A stretch of 64,000 nucleotides of DNA from Schizochytrium sp. TIO01 (lineage: Eukaryota > Protista > Bigyra: Labyrinthulomycetes): assembly GCA_004764695.1 (NCBI GenBank), contig SMSO01000032.1, positions 6,232,483 through 6,296,482 of the forward strand, given 5' to 3'. Every line of letters starts with the position of its first letter. Positions within the stretch are counted from its first letter, which is position 1. Below the pieces are notes generated by a model, which did no database searches, had not been told where the DNA came from, and was given only the letters and a program-made list of their open reading frames with translations. Position numbers and translations under genes: made by a program. Below, in pieces: positions 12,448-24,536 of this stretch.

Positions 12448-15400
12448 ATGGCGGCGACGGTAATTTCTCGAGCACAGAGTCACATGAGTGGTGCTACTGG
12501 CGTAAGCGGTGGTGTTGATGCAGATATGGACCGGGCTTTTCGGCAGCTTCGGTCACAATCTGGAAGCGCTTCGAGCATTTTCATGGACCTTGAAGCTTTC
12601 ATCGAGAAAACAAAGATAGGCATGAACAATCTCCTGCACAGCATGACAAGAAACTCCAAAGAGACTTACACGGTCTTCGTAATAGGAGCAATTATTGAAG
12701 CAGGGCAACTTGCAGCACTTGCTTTACCTGACGAAAACACTTTAGATATGGGATACCCTACCCCAGTGGCAAAGTTTGCGGAGATACTTTCTTATACTCG
12801 ATTTGGGGAGCTTCTCTGGGAACATTTCAACCACTTCACTGTCGCAATTGTCATTCTATGCATTCTTTTGATTGAACTTTTAGCACTTCCTTACGTAGCG
12901 TATACATGGTCAGCAAAGGAGACGAAATCACTTCAAACCAAAGTTGTTCAGTCTCAGATGTCTATTTTTGGTGGAATCTTCTTCATCCCTGTTATTTCAT
13001 GTCTCGCTGAGGGTGCATTTTGCTCAAAATTTAGTACAGCCGAGTGTTCCTTTTTCATGCCAATCGCAATTGTTGAACTTGTCATATTCGTAGTCCTCGT
13101 TCTTCTAGTATCTGTCATGTATTTCGATTCACGTCCAAAGTCAAAGTCAATGACAGCACGCCCGCATGCGAGAATTCACGTGCTTAGCGTTTTCACCCGT
13201 GGCCTGCTTGCGCTTGTATTTACTAGCATTCAAAATGTTGGCTCATCGAATACATCTGTTCTAAAGTTCTGGTCATGTCTGTGTGCAATTATGTTAACTC
13301 TACTTTGCGCATCTTACACGTGGTATCAACCATATTTTCACCAACGAGCAAACTTCATTCGAGCCTTGAGTACTGCTGTTGCAGCATGGCTGGCAATTTG
13401 CAGCGCTGTCCATGTGCTTAAAACAGGTGGAGTAAGTGCTACTACGACTGAGGAATGCGTTTACAGTACTGATAGTACAATTACGGTTACTATCTTTGGT
13501 GGCCTGTCATTAGTTCTTCCTTTGATTTGGGTAGGGATCCATTACCGTCGTTACTCTCTACAAATGAAACCGGCCAATCAATGTTCAAATGTGTATGAGT
13601 TGGAGTTAAAAGGCCGTCTTGAAATTCAAGGTCTTGGAATTCATCATATCAGCGATTTAAATAAGGCCGATAAAGAAGAGATTCAAAATCGAGCTAGTCG
13701 GGTAAATCAATGGTATATGGATGCTGCAACCCTGTTTCCTCTTTCTGGTGCTTTGTGTATGTTTCATGCAATCTACCTTCTCTCGTTTCTACCTAATAAG
13801 ACTCCAATGGTGCGTCGCGCTATCGTGATTGGTATTAAGCGAGGCTTGAGCCCTGATTTTCACGTCATCGCATACAAGGTTAGGCGAACGCTTGAAGAGA
13901 CAATTCAAGGATCATCAGACGTACTCAGTATTGTTCGCTCAGAGGAGTTCACTGCTGAAGCTTTGAAGTACGACAAGCGGTGCTCATCTCAGCTTGTGGA
14001 GTTTTGGAGTGAACTATCAGAAAAACGTCCAGATATCAACAAGGTGCGTCGTCTGGCCTTAAAAATCGCAGTTTCCTCGTCCAGCGCGCACAAAGCATAT
14101 CTAAAACTCTTGAAGAACTCTCCAAAATCTGCACTCGTGTATGATATGATATCTTCTTTCCTCTTGGAAATCATGCATGATACTCGTCTTGCCGCCATGA
14201 TGCGCCTTAAAGGAGCTCGGATTGCTCGGGAGGTAGGTGCACGAAATAGCACAAATCTGAATGACGTCGAGTCAGATGCTCTCGGAGTAATTGTTGCTCG
14301 TGCATCAACTGAAAATCGCCACGAACTTGGGGACGTGATATTTGCCAACATTAATGCAAGCCAGATCTTGAACCAAGTGAATCAAATGATTGTTGGCCAG
14401 AAAATTGATAGTATTCTCACCACTCCCTTAGCAGAAACATTCGAGGACATTGTTGATGGGTTCTTTGAAGAAGGAAAAGACGCACCATTTGAAGACACCA
14501 TTCAAACTTTTTTGAGAACCCCAAATGGTAATGTAGTTGCTGTGAATCTCAAATTACAGCCTTACTCTCCAGATGATGTTACTTTTAACATGTATCTCAT
14601 CTTCCAGGCTGACACCTCTCACAGCGGAGAGAACTACCTTGTGGTTGACGAAACTAGTGGTATTATTCACGGAATGGGTAGTTCCTGCCATGCTGCATTT
14701 CATGGCCACCTTCTTGCAGCAAACCAACGTCAGTACAGTGGAATGAACATCCCAACTGGAAATCAACAAAGTATTGGTGAAGGTGATGAGTTACGTTTGC
14801 ACATCTCAACGATTATTCCTAACTTTGCTGCAATTGATATTAAGAGGTTTCCAGAAGGTCAACCTATCCCTGTATCGCTCGAGGAAGAAGATACTGGAGC
14901 TCACATTCTGAAGCGTTTCAGAGTATCGTTCCACCCCCCTGCGCATGCTGAGACTAGCGTTGATCAGATAACTTCCTCTGCTCATTTGTCTAAACAGTCG
15001 CGTCGACCAAGCATAGCTTCGTTAATTATCAACGACGAGGCTGAGCAGGCGGCTCGTGCTTCTATGACATCCTCAAGTCTTGATGACAGTGGCGGTGCCC
15101 ATGGCTCTGCGTCTCCTAATGGTGGTGATACCGGCTATGTTATGCGGCGCGCGGATACAGTCACTGGAACGATTCGAAGAGTGTCTTCTATGGCACAGCA
15201 AGCTACTCATGTGAAGGGCAGAGTGTGGTTCAAGCGCAAGCGTGTGCTAGGCAAAGATTTGCTTCAAGTTTTCCTGCACGACCCTGATGTTCCAGAGTTC
15301 AACACAATGGACGATCGATTGGAAGAACGCATGAGAGCCACCATTGATGGAGACGCCGGTAGCGACCTGGATTCGATGGGCAATGATAATGACTCCACTG

Positions 15401-17655
15401 CAGGAGAAAGTATCGAGCCAAAAGCTCGCACTGGCCTTGTGCGACGTACATTCACAGACAAATCAGAGCATATGCGTCGATTCATCGACGAGATGGGCTC
15501 CGAAGCTAAAATCACTGTCACCCCAAAGAGGGCAGGGTCTCGAGCAGGATCTAAGGCTGGTTCAAAGGCAGGTTCCCTAGCTTCTGGTGAGGTTCTTCGT
15601 TTGAAAGCGCAAGCTGTTCGAAAAATGCTTCAAGATAGCCAAAACGCAGCAATGGATGCTACGCTTGCAAAACTTCGCCGGATGTATCTCCGTGCTTCCG
15701 TTTTGGTATGTATTTGTGCGATCATTCAATACGTAACTAGTACTGACACTTTGCAACAGTACAAAAGTGACGTTCAATTCGTTGGCAGCATGGGCTTCCG
15801 ACGCTACTGTCTCTTACTTATCGCGTATTCAGCACATGGGCTTTCACTTATTCGACGCGGTATTCTTGACTCAAGCCTAGAAGATACGCTCCGAGGAAGT
15901 CTGAACACGGCTGCTACAAATCTGAAAACCATCGACTTCACTGTTTTCCAACGCCGAGGCAGCATTGGAGGAGATCTACAAGCAATATATGAAGACCGAG
16001 ATCTGCAGTACTATTTTATGAGAAATGGTTTTGTTTCCTATGAAAATATGAGTCTCTTCGACACAACCATGAAAATCTCAAGCCTGGCATTGCAAGCTGA
16101 GCAAGCAAACCTAACGGATTTCTATCCAGGTTCGCCACTGACCTTGCCTCTAATGGAAAATTTGGATTTCTACAACAGAAGTGCTCTATATGGTCTTGAG
16201 GCAACAACTGAGGACTTTCAAGAATATTGTCTAGAACATGCCGCAGAAGTACTGCACCAACTTTACATTGTTGCATGCGTGATGGGTGTCTTTACACTTG
16301 GGCTCGTCCTTCTAACAATTTATCCTTTAGTCGGAAATGGAGGAAAGATTGAAAAGGTCAAAGGAGAGATTCTCCAAGTTTTTTCTGATATTCCCAAAAA
16401 GACTACTCAAGATGTAGGACTTAGGTTCGTCGAGCGTCTCCGGTGCGTCCATGAAGAGGATGTCGATGCGTCCAGACTTAATGGAGAGCACCCTGCGACG
16501 CGCAGCGTTGCCTTAGATGGGGATCATGACACGCACAAGCCGCTACCAGGAGTAAGTGCCGGTGGTGGCGGAGGCGGAGGCATGTTAGGCCATCTTACAG
16601 ATGCCGCAGACAATTCAACAGGGCAAACCAGGGAGCCAAGGAAGGTTGCCAAGGTAGCTCCTGATGTTCCAGCCGACAGAAAGAGTGCACCTAAACCCAA
16701 AAAGAGTTCCGACAAAGTTGACAAGAAACCCTCTCCATGGTGCACAGTACGGAAGGTCGTCATCACCGCAAAAATGAGTACATTACTGTTTCTCTCTATC
16801 ATATACTTCTCGTCGACTGTCCTGTTGTCTGCTAAATTAGAATGGGACACGCACAGTGCTCCAGTTACAACAAACCTGGCTGGGTATCGGCGAATGAAAA
16901 TTTTGTATACCATGCATGAATTTCGGCTCTGGCTCACTGGCGCCTATGAAGGCATCGAGATTGAGACCGAGGAAAATCTTGACACAGATTACATCAGTAG
17001 TGCAGAACGAGTTCGCGAGCGCCTTTCTGACTTCAAGGAGCTCCATGACATTCTGTTGTATGGATCTACAGAGTATGGCGTGACAGGAAGTTTCCGAGAT
17101 TCAGATACTCCAGAAACACTTATGACTTTGTACACCACCAATGGATGTCTTAACTTCGTTGAGAGCGGTAATGTGACGCAAGAGGTCTGCGAGGAGTTCG
17201 ACAATGGCCTTATGATGACCGGATTGCAAAGCGCCATCACAAACTACCTTGACGCCGTTGACGAGTTGACCTTTGACACCGATATTGAGGATGCTGTATT
17301 GTCCCAAGACGACGCTACTATTCGTGATGTTTTTCTGCGGGATGATGTTCAGCGAGTAATATACCTCGAGGAGAAACTCTTGCAACCGCAGCTCAACTAT
17401 GTCGTTCAAATCAATAATGCAGCACTCGTAGCACGTGTGAAGAACGTCGAGGTGTCTATGCTGATTCTCCTTGTTGGCCTCATTGTTTTAGCTCTCTTCG
17501 CCTATGCATTCATTGTGCGGGCTATGCTTTCACGGCTTGATACAGAGGTCAAGCGTACACGTAGTCTCTTGTTGGTTATTCCAGAGGACGTCTTGGATTC
17601 CTTACGGCATATCCAGGTCTTCCTTGTAGACTCCTTCTCAAATCAAAACAAGTAA
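12448..17655 (+). CDS. Multi-pass membrane PAS-domain protein, TmcB/TmcC-like, paralog 2
   Basis: The track ORF starts at TTG 12418; the first ATG is at 12448 (aaaATGgcg). It is co-linear with paralog 1, sharing RPHARI, WYQPYF, FELELK/YELELK, YLKLL, FLRTP, YTTNGC and VPEDV/IPEDV motifs. The PAS-like segment is at ~14281-14570. Confidence 0.8.
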   Translation: MAATVISRAQSHMSGATGVSGGVDADMDRAFRQLRSQSGSASSIFMDLEAFIEKTKIGMNNLLHSMTRNSKETYTVFVIGAIIEAGQLAALALPDENTLDMGYPTPVAKFAEILSYTRFGELLWEHFNHFTVAIVILCILLIELLALPYVAYTWSAKETKSLQTKVVQSQMSIFGGIFFIPVISCLAEGAFCSKFSTAECSFFMPIAIVELVIFVVLVLLVSVMYFDSRPKSKSMTARPHARIHVLSVFTRGLLALVFTSIQNVGSSNTSVLKFWSCLCAIMLTLLCASYTWYQPYFHQRANFIRALSTAVAAWLAICSAVHVLKTGGVSATTTEECVYSTDSTITVTIFGGLSLVLPLIWVGIHYRRYSLQMKPANQCSNVYELELKGRLEIQGLGIHHISDLNKADKEEIQNRASRVNQWYMDAATLFPLSGALCMFHAIYLLSFLPNKTPMVRRAIVIGIKRGLSPDFHVIAYKVRRTLEETIQGSSDVLSIVRSEEFTAEALKYDKRCSSQLVEFWSELSEKRPDINKVRRLALKIAVSSSSAHKAYLKLLKNSPKSALVYDMISSFLLEIMHDTRLAAMMRLKGARIAREVGARNSTNLNDVESDALGVIVARASTENRHELGDVIFANINASQILNQVNQMIVGQKIDSILTTPLAETFEDIVDGFFEEGKDAPFEDTIQTFLRTPNGNVVAVNLKLQPYSPDDVTFNMYLIFQADTSHSGENYLVVDETSGIIHGMGSSCHAAFHGHLLAANQRQYSGMNIPTGNQQSIGEGDELRLHISTIIPNFAAIDIKRFPEGQPIPVSLEEEDTGAHILKRFRVSFHPPAHAETSVDQITSSAHLSKQSRRPSIASLIINDEAEQAARASMTSSSLDDSGGAHGSASPNGGDTGYVMRRADTVTGTIRRVSSMAQQATHVKGRVWFKRKRVLGKDLLQVFLHDPDVPEFNTMDDRLEERMRATIDGDAGSDLDSMGNDNDSTAGESIEPKARTGLVRRTFTDKSEHMRRFIDEMGSEAKITVTPKRAGSRAGSKAGSKAGSLASGEVLRLKAQAVRKMLQDSQNAAMDATLAKLRRMYLRASVLVCICAIIQYVTSTDTLQQYKSDVQFVGSMGFRRYCLLLIAYSAHGLSLIRRGILDSSLEDTLRGSLNTAATNLKTIDFTVFQRRGSIGGDLQAIYEDRDLQYYFMRNGFVSYENMSLFDTTMKISSLALQAEQANLTDFYPGSPLTLPLMENLDFYNRSALYGLEATTEDFQEYCLEHAAEVLHQLYIVACVMGVFTLGLVLLTIYPLVGNGGKIEKVKGEILQVFSDIPKKTTQDVGLRFVERLRCVHEEDVDASRLNGEHPATRSVALDGDHDTHKPLPGVSAGGGGGGGMLGHLTDAADNSTGQTREPRKVAKVAPDVPADRKSAPKPKKSSDKVDKKPSPWCTVRKVVITAKMSTLLFLSIIYFSSTVLLSAKLEWDTHSAPVTTNLAGYRRMKILYTMHEFRLWLTGAYEGIEIETEENLDTDYISSAERVRERLSDFKELHDILLYGSTEYGVTGSFRDSDTPETLMTLYTTNGCLNFVESGNVTQEVCEEFDNGLMMTGLQSAITNYLDAVDELTFDTDIEDAVLSQDDATIRDVFLRDDVQRVIYLEEKLLQPQLNYVVQINNAALVARVKNVEVSMLILLVGLIVLALFAYAFIVRAMLSRLDTEVKRTRSLLLVIPEDVLDSLRHIQVFLVDSFSNQNK

Positions 17656-19253
17656 AGTAAGATATTTTAGTATTTGTTCGTTTTTATCAAAATATGAATT
17701 GGTCGTCAGATCATAAAACGATAAGTCAAATGTCAGTGTTTCTGGCTCCCAATAACCACTTCAGAAAGGCGTAAGTCTTCCTCTCTGCAACACAAACTCG
17801 AATAATCAATGCAGACGACTTATAGTCCAAGCTAGAAAATTAATTAGTTGGCACAAGAGAACGGTCAAAGTGACTGACATGGTCGTAAGGGAAGTCTAGT
17901 GATACCTCCTCCTACTACAAGTAGTACTACTTTCTAGCTAGAGTTCTGTACTCTATACCATTACCACTAGTCAGAGGTATTTTTAAAAGTAAAAAATCTT
18001 CAAGCTAAAGACAATCACTCTTTATTACACTGATTATATACAATTAGTACTTAATAATAGTTACTGATAGTAGGTAGAACTTTCCTTCGATGATAGCAGA
18101 GAAGTAGTAGGAATTCCCTGCGTTCCCGCTTTACTTGAATCCATTCATTCATTCATTTATTTGTTTTATTTATTTATTGCTTGCTTGCTTGCTTGCTTGA
18201 TAGAGATGCGAATCAATTCGTTCTGACTCGTTTATGAGGAGTTGCATCATGAATGATGACGGCCTGCCTGCCTGATTGTATGCTTTAATGGTTGTATTTT
18301 GAGGTCTTGACATGAGATGGTTGTTCAGTTGTTGCTGTTTTTGTTGCTGCTGCTGTTCAAGTTGTTGGTTGCAGTCATTTCCTGCATGATTCATAATTCT
18401 TGCTTGAGCTATCAACACAACCTCCTGGAATTCCAAACCCGTGTCTCATTTCTGGCTTACTTCAAGCTCTAGTGTCTACCAACCCAGTCCTAGTTGGTGC
18501 CTTCCTTTGGAGTCGAGGTGCGCTGCGTTGTATTTGTTCTGCATTGCATTGCATTGCGTTGCATTGCATTGCATTGCATCGAATGAATCACTTACAGCAG
18601 CTATAGTTCACTTTGTCTCTCTATACTGAATAGTATACGCCACTTCCCACTATACAGTTTACTGCACACAAGTGAAGATTACTCTCTCTATATTCAAGTA
18701 TGGTTTCCCTGCATCGCTCTCCCTCTCTATCCCTGTGTCTGTTACTATTGTGCCACTGAGATGTCAAGTCTATCGCAGGTACCATCCATCAACGAAGTCA
18801 TTACCAGACCCGTGTATTTATACATTGCATGCGCTCTGTTGGTATTCCTGCCTTTCTTTTCTCAATACCTGCACATTCCATCCTTCAGGACAGAACTATC
18901 GAGTGTTCTCTTGCTGCCTTCACTGTCTGTGCATCGTGGGTTTGCTTCCCTCCCTGTCTTCGGCCCCTTTCTAGTCGCTGAGTCCTGTTGTCTGGAGGTG
19001 GTCTCTCCATCACAAATTAATTTAGAAGAGTGAATGAATGAATGATTGTTGAATAAATAAGTGAGTAATATGGACTTGTTATTATTATGAGTTGCTTAGA
19101 GAAATGGAGAAAAAGAGAGAAAGAGAGAAAGAAAGAAAGAAAGAAAGAAAAGCGGAGAAAGAGAGAAAGAAAGCACAGGCCGCGCAGATCGCTAGCAGCT
19201 CGCGCCAAGTCCACTCTCGCGCCAAGCAGCAGAAACAGCACTCGCAGATCAAG

Positions 19254-20243
19254 ATGTTCGCCATGCAGCAGCAGCAGGCGGTCGCCGCCGCCCCCGCCGA
19301 CGCCCCCGGCGGCCTCAAGGTAAGTGCTTTCTCGGCTCATCATGACGATGGAGCTCATTCATGACGAACGAATGGCAGCGCAAGGCGCCGCAGGCCACCG
19401 CCAGGAAACAGCGTAGTACAACTACAGAGCACAGGCATACCGAATCGTAAGATAGACGATGGATTACGGGACGAAGGAGACTGCCCTTGCCGAGCTCCGA
19501 ACTTCGGGACGACGCAGAAACAGGGCTCATCACGCCGCAATCTTGCAATAGTGGTTCTTTGCGCTTGAAGCCGAAGGTCTCCAAGAGCGACAAAGGTCGC
19601 CTCAATGTTTGTGATATAGATACCACTCCTCTTGACATCCTCGATTTATCTTAGCATGGACTGCGTGGCCTGTGGTGGTGTTTGTTGTTGTATTTTTGTT
19701 GTAATGAATGCGTAATAGTAGCTGGAAAAATAGCTGAAACACCTGGCTCAATTCATCATCGTGGATAAAATCAAGCACCTGTGGTTGTGGTTGTGGTCAT
19801 GATTGGAGCGAATGAGATAAAGAGGGTGGATGATGACTGACATGTTTTTACTATTTGTTGTATTGCCTATCTTGCTGGGGTGTTTGGTCTCTTAACTTTT
19901 TTTACATTTCAATTGTGATTATACTTTTGGTCATTTTCACGATGGCGTGTGCTTCTGTGGTGGCGATTGACGAATCAAATGGGGTAATGATGTACAGGGT
20001 CTTGCCAACACCGAGATTGTCAAGAGCATTCGCAGCTGGGCATGGTGGGCCTTCAAGAAGGGTGGTGACGTCACCTGGGTTCTCACCACAACCGGCATCG
20101 TTGTGATCTTCCCCCTGTACTTTCAGGTCGCTCGCGACATGGCCCTCGCCGAGGCTGAGGCCCAGCAGATTCAGCAGCTCCGTGCCCAGGGCTACAACCA
20201 GGCTCAGATCAACCAGATGATGGGCGGCCCGGTTCACCAGTAA
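19254..20243 (+). CDS. TOM22: Mitochondrial import receptor Tom22 (short, Tom9-like); join(19254..19319,19998..20243), 103 aa
   Basis: Exon 1 MFAMQQQQAVAAAPADAPGGLK ends at a canonical AAG|GTAAGT donor. Exon 2 follows TGTACAG| in phase 0: GLANTEIVKSIRSWAWWAFKKGGDVTWVLTTTGIVVIFPLYFQVARDMALAEAEAQQIQQLRAQGYNQAQINQMMGGPVHQ*. The G-x-x-x-W-x-x-TT...P-L TM signature matches Tom22, and both exons have strong C-ending codon bias. Confidence 0.85.
19320..19997 (+). other. Spliceosomal GT-AG intron (678 nt) of TOM22
   Basis: GTAAGT donor and TACAG acceptor. Removal joins two codon-biased exons in frame. Confidence 0.8.
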
Positions 20244-21419
20244 ACAATACTTTTTCTTCTCCATTCACTTTCCTCCTCCCCTCCCTGGTCTAACGCCATG
20301 GCCTTTCCTCAGTAGATTTGATGAGGCCTGGTTTTTCCTCTCAACCAGGAAACATATCATCAACATCAGCAGCAACAACAACGAAGATATGGGAAGGGTA
20401 TCATTTTAATTTTTCCTTTCTTTATCCTCAACCTCACTGAAAAAAGTCTGTAGCGAGTGCTTAGTTCGGTTTTTGATGGTAAATTTGGTTACCATCTAGT
20501 TGATTTCTGAGTTTCCTCGCAACATAACACTTCGAACCAACATTTATTCCGCTCATGATTGAGCATGGTAAATTCTGGACTACCACTATTCCTTTTATCC
20601 TTGCGTTGTCTTCTCACTTATGTCTCCTGCTCTGTTAGTATTACTCGGCCCTTCTCATGTGTTCTTTCTTCATAGAACCGGCTTACACGATTGTGATGTA
20701 GGTACAGAACCAGGCACAAAATGAAAAGGAAAGCACCGAAGTTGGCCTTAAGAAGGTAAATGTTTCTTTTTTTCTTGCTGGGTCTTATTCTTCAGAATCC
20801 CTTTCGCTCAAAGCACCCATTTACGAGCATCACAGAGGGAGAATAAAAACTTGATTTGTTAAGCAGAGCAATAAACTTGTAGAGGAGAAATGAGGTTTCC
20901 ACGTCCCGGTTTTCAATTCTTGAACGAGCCTTTTCCTGTCAGAGAATTCCAGGAGTGGTATCCTCGTGAGAACGAGAGGAAAGGCAGAGATATTGCAAAG
21001 ATGCACATCACCTTGAAACAACAAATAATGAAAACAAGATCAAAGGTGTTTGAGAAGCAAGTATTGAAGGTTGGTTTGTAATTAGGTGCATGCGAGTTTA
21101 GTAGTTTGTGTGAACAATCTTAAACTCTTATTGTTGTTGTTATTGTGTAGCACGACTGCAGAATTCAGTAATCACAAGTGTGAAATCCTTGTAGTTGCTA
21201 TGATCACTCACATCACTAATTAATCTGTTCGTTCGTTTGAGTTAAATGTGATTATATGGAGTAGATGAAGACTGAAAAGGAAAGAAATAAACAACAGACA
21301 TTGAAGCAAGTCCCCAAAGGAACGCGCTCCTGATAGCGTTGGTACTAGTGTAGATTGCTGCGTGCTCATGACATTGTAACATCGGTAGAGAGGGCTTGAC
21401 ATAAGGTTCCGCAATTTGC

Positions 21420-22481
21420 TCATAGTGCCATCTCGTCTGAAAGAGGCCCAATAGTACACCGTCCAGAGCGCAAAAATTTGATAAGCACCCGGGTTTGTGA
21501 TCCGTCCAGAAGCTTTACAATGACTTCTGAAGAGTTGATTGATTGAATTGCGCCCTGGATTTGCTCCTTGGAGATCTCCGTATAGCACACGACATCTTGG
21601 TCCTTTTCAAGAATATGCTCGTTATAGTAGAGAACACCATCCTCTACACGAACGCTCTGCTTCGCAATCTCGTCCTGTGAGAGAAACTTCTCTGCACGTG
21701 ACTTCCAATCACTTTGGATTGCGCGCAGATCGTCGTAAATATTGTCTTCTGTCATGAAAAAGTTCACGCCAAGGCTCTCCGATCCGTAGCCGCCAGGAGC
21801 GCTGACACGGGCAGGTGCAGCCTCCGAGGCTGAGTTCGCAGTTAAGATTGCGCCCTCATCAAGCTCCATACCCGTGGTCTCATCAGCGGTATCTTCTCCA
21901 TCATGGTTGCCGCCTGCTTTTTTACCACGAAGTTTCCTTGAACTTGACCGTACCTCTTCTCCATGGCCTTCACGCAATACCTCCAGTCGCTTGATGGTGT
22001 CCTCAAGCTCACCTGCAACCTTTGCCTGGGCATCCTTGTAAGAATTTGCAAATGCATCATTGGCGGCTTTCATGTCAAATGAATAGAGCGCTTCTGCCTC
22101 CCTGATTCGCAAATCTCGCATGCGCTGGGCCTCATCGATGCTTTGCAGTTTACGGTGCTGAAGCATCTTCTCCTGCTCTTTCACACGTTCGTGCGTCCCT
22201 GCACGCACTTGCTTGAGCTCTACGCGGAGATCCTCAATCTTACTTTGATAGAAGGCTTCGCTGTCCTGTGCTGCTTTATCTTCATCATCCTCCTTGCCAG
22301 ACGCGCTACCTTCGTCCTTGGACTCTTCGCTCTTGGAGCTAATGGCCTTGGTCTCGTCTTTTCCCTGCTCTTGATCTTGCTCCTTTTGCTCTTCAGGTTG
22401 CTTTTTTGATTCCTCTTCTACATTTTTCTTGCCATCTTCACCACCAGCCGTGGCATCCTTGGTGTTCTTCTCTTCCTCCAT
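21420..22481 (-). CDS. SDS3: Sds3/BRMS1-family Sin3 histone deacetylase corepressor subunit
   Basis: Acidic N-terminus, then the Sds3-like coiled coil YQSKIEDLRVELKQVRAGTH.... The C-terminus VRVEDGVLYYNEHILEKDQDV...IQSINSSEVIVKLLDGSQTRVLIKFLRSGRCTI resembles the Sds3 capped-Tudor domain. Confidence 0.8.
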   Translation of the reverse strand: MEEEKNTKDATAGGEDGKKNVEEESKKQPEEQKEQDQEQGKDETKAISSKSEESKDEGSASGKEDDEDKAAQDSEAFYQSKIEDLRVELKQVRAGTHERVKEQEKMLQHRKLQSIDEAQRMRDLRIREAEALYSFDMKAANDAFANSYKDAQAKVAGELEDTIKRLEVLREGHGEEVRSSSRKLRGKKAGGNHDGEDTADETTGMELDEGAILTANSASEAAPARVSAPGGYGSESLGVNFFMTEDNIYDDLRAIQSDWKSRAEKFLSQDEIAKQSVRVEDGVLYYNEHILEKDQDVVCYTEISKEQIQGAIQSINSSEVIVKLLDGSQTRVLIKFLRSGRCTIGPLSDEMAL

Positions 22482-24536
22482 CTTACAACCTTAGAACCTA
22501 GCAAGTCCTGCTAAGCCTACTTTACTTCTATTACACCTCCGTCACAAGAAGAGTTCGTACAATGGGCAGGCAACTATGGGCTCTATAGTTATCAGGCTCA
22601 AAACCTACTTCAAGCTGCGGAAGAGTCCTTGGATGCTGTTTGTCTCTCTCTCTCCCTCTCTGTTACAGGTGTATTTGATAAGGAACAAAGAGAAAGACAC
22701 TATTAAAGTTATATGACGATATGGCGCTCACAGAAAGCCAAACGAGAGCTGAGATGATCTTGTGCGAAGCCTGTCTCTAAATTGGCAGCTCTTTATAGAG
22801 CTCCTGGTCGAGCTATCGCCAAACGCAATCTGCGTTCGATATGACTCAGTGCTGCGGCACGGGCTGTGCTTCGACCGAGAGGTAGTCCAAACAAACGAAG
22901 TGACAGGCAGAAGGTCAGCAACTGGCGTCAGATCTGCGGATGCGAAGCCAATTGCTCCCTGGTGACACTAAAAACGTACACCTGCGACTGTCTAAAGCCA
23001 GCAGGATCTGCCACGCCTCTCACCGCCCCGATTCCCACTGCTGCCTCTCGATGCTCGCAGAAGACCCAATCCTCGGTATGGTGTCTCGCTCGCTCGCTTT
23101 CAAGCCAAAGTCTCTGTGCTTTATTCTCTGCTTACCTACTTCTACGTACTGCTATCTACGTATAACTACGCTTCTAGCCCTTGTGTTAACCTGCCATAGC
23201 TAAGTCCTATGTAGGCTTATAAGTGGCTTATATGAGAAAGGGTCTATCGTTTGCGTGCACGATAAGTTTTTCCCGCCAATGCTGCTACGTGTAGTGGGAA
23301 CTACCTACCTTCCTACTTTGCTAGCTAGACTATCATGGGCCGAGCAATCGCTCAGATTGAGCATATGCGCTCTGATCAGCCAGTCAGATGCTGGTCCTAT
23401 ATATCTTTAACTTTGGGTAAAAATCCGAGTTGCAACATTTATATATCTACAAATGTTGGCATGCTCGAGGGATAATTGTAAGCTAAAAGGAAGTTCCACA
23501 CGAACCCTTGGCGGGCGGGGGAGGCCATGACACGTTCAAGATCAGTTTTAGATAGGAACTGCGTGAAGGTTTCTTTTACATTCGTCATTGCAGAATTAAC
23601 ATCATTTGAGGTGCATGATACTTGCAGCAGAGTGATTTGCTGAAATATGCAGTGCTGACACGAATAAGGGATTCCGTTCATAGTTTGAGTGGCATTAATA
23701 ATGTAGACCATTTTAAAAGCAGGGCACTGGTATGTATTGAAAGGATAGGTTGGCAAGATTTCCAAGATTTTATTAGCGAAGATTGAGATGTAATGACAAC
23801 TTCAAATGATGGACATACATAAAAAAAAGAGACAACATGTTGAGGTACGGCTCCGCTTTTCAATAAAAAGTACTACGTAATCATTTGTCAACGTGTCGAC
23901 GTAAATAGAAGTCGAAAGTATACCAAATTCCAACTTGAGTACAGATAATCCTCATTACCATCGCAGGATCGGTCATGTACGTTTTCACCTCGAAAGTGTC
24001 TACTTCTACTATTTTGCGTAAGGCGCTTGATGTCTTTTAACGACATCCTCTGGGAAGGTACCGAGTCACTATTCTAGATAATGTTTCTATTTTTTTCAAT
24101 CCCTGATGAGCAGCTACTCATGAAAGGCCTATGCATTATGGTCCGCCATTGTTTCAATTTCTCATCGTAGTACTTCCCACCTCCATGGCTTTGAAGCCTT
24201 GGTTTCCAGCCCAATCTTGCTCTTCCTCACATTCCAGCTTTGCCACGCTCATTTCCATCGTCAACACGGTCTTCACAGCTCCCACCAAGGAGGTCTCTAT
24301 GGTCCAGTCTTGCTTCTCAGCGTGACATACTTGTTTGGACATGCTTCTGCTGGTGGCATACTTTGCACCATCGTTATTCACATCTCTCCACAATTAGGTC
24401 CAAACTGGGATCGCCTGAACTTCCCTACTTCAAGTCGTGTCTTCACGAGCCCTTCTCCTCCTCCTCACAGTCGCTTGGCCCCAACGCGTCATCATCACTC
24501 CTGACCTACTCGCACTACAACTACAATCTGCAATGC

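Noticed and set aside
20720-21081. Possible tiny spliced ORF (GTAAAT...TTCAG, 40 nt) and a 63-aa ORF between TOM22 and SDS3
   Set aside because: Products are short, lack codon bias and have no recognisable homology.
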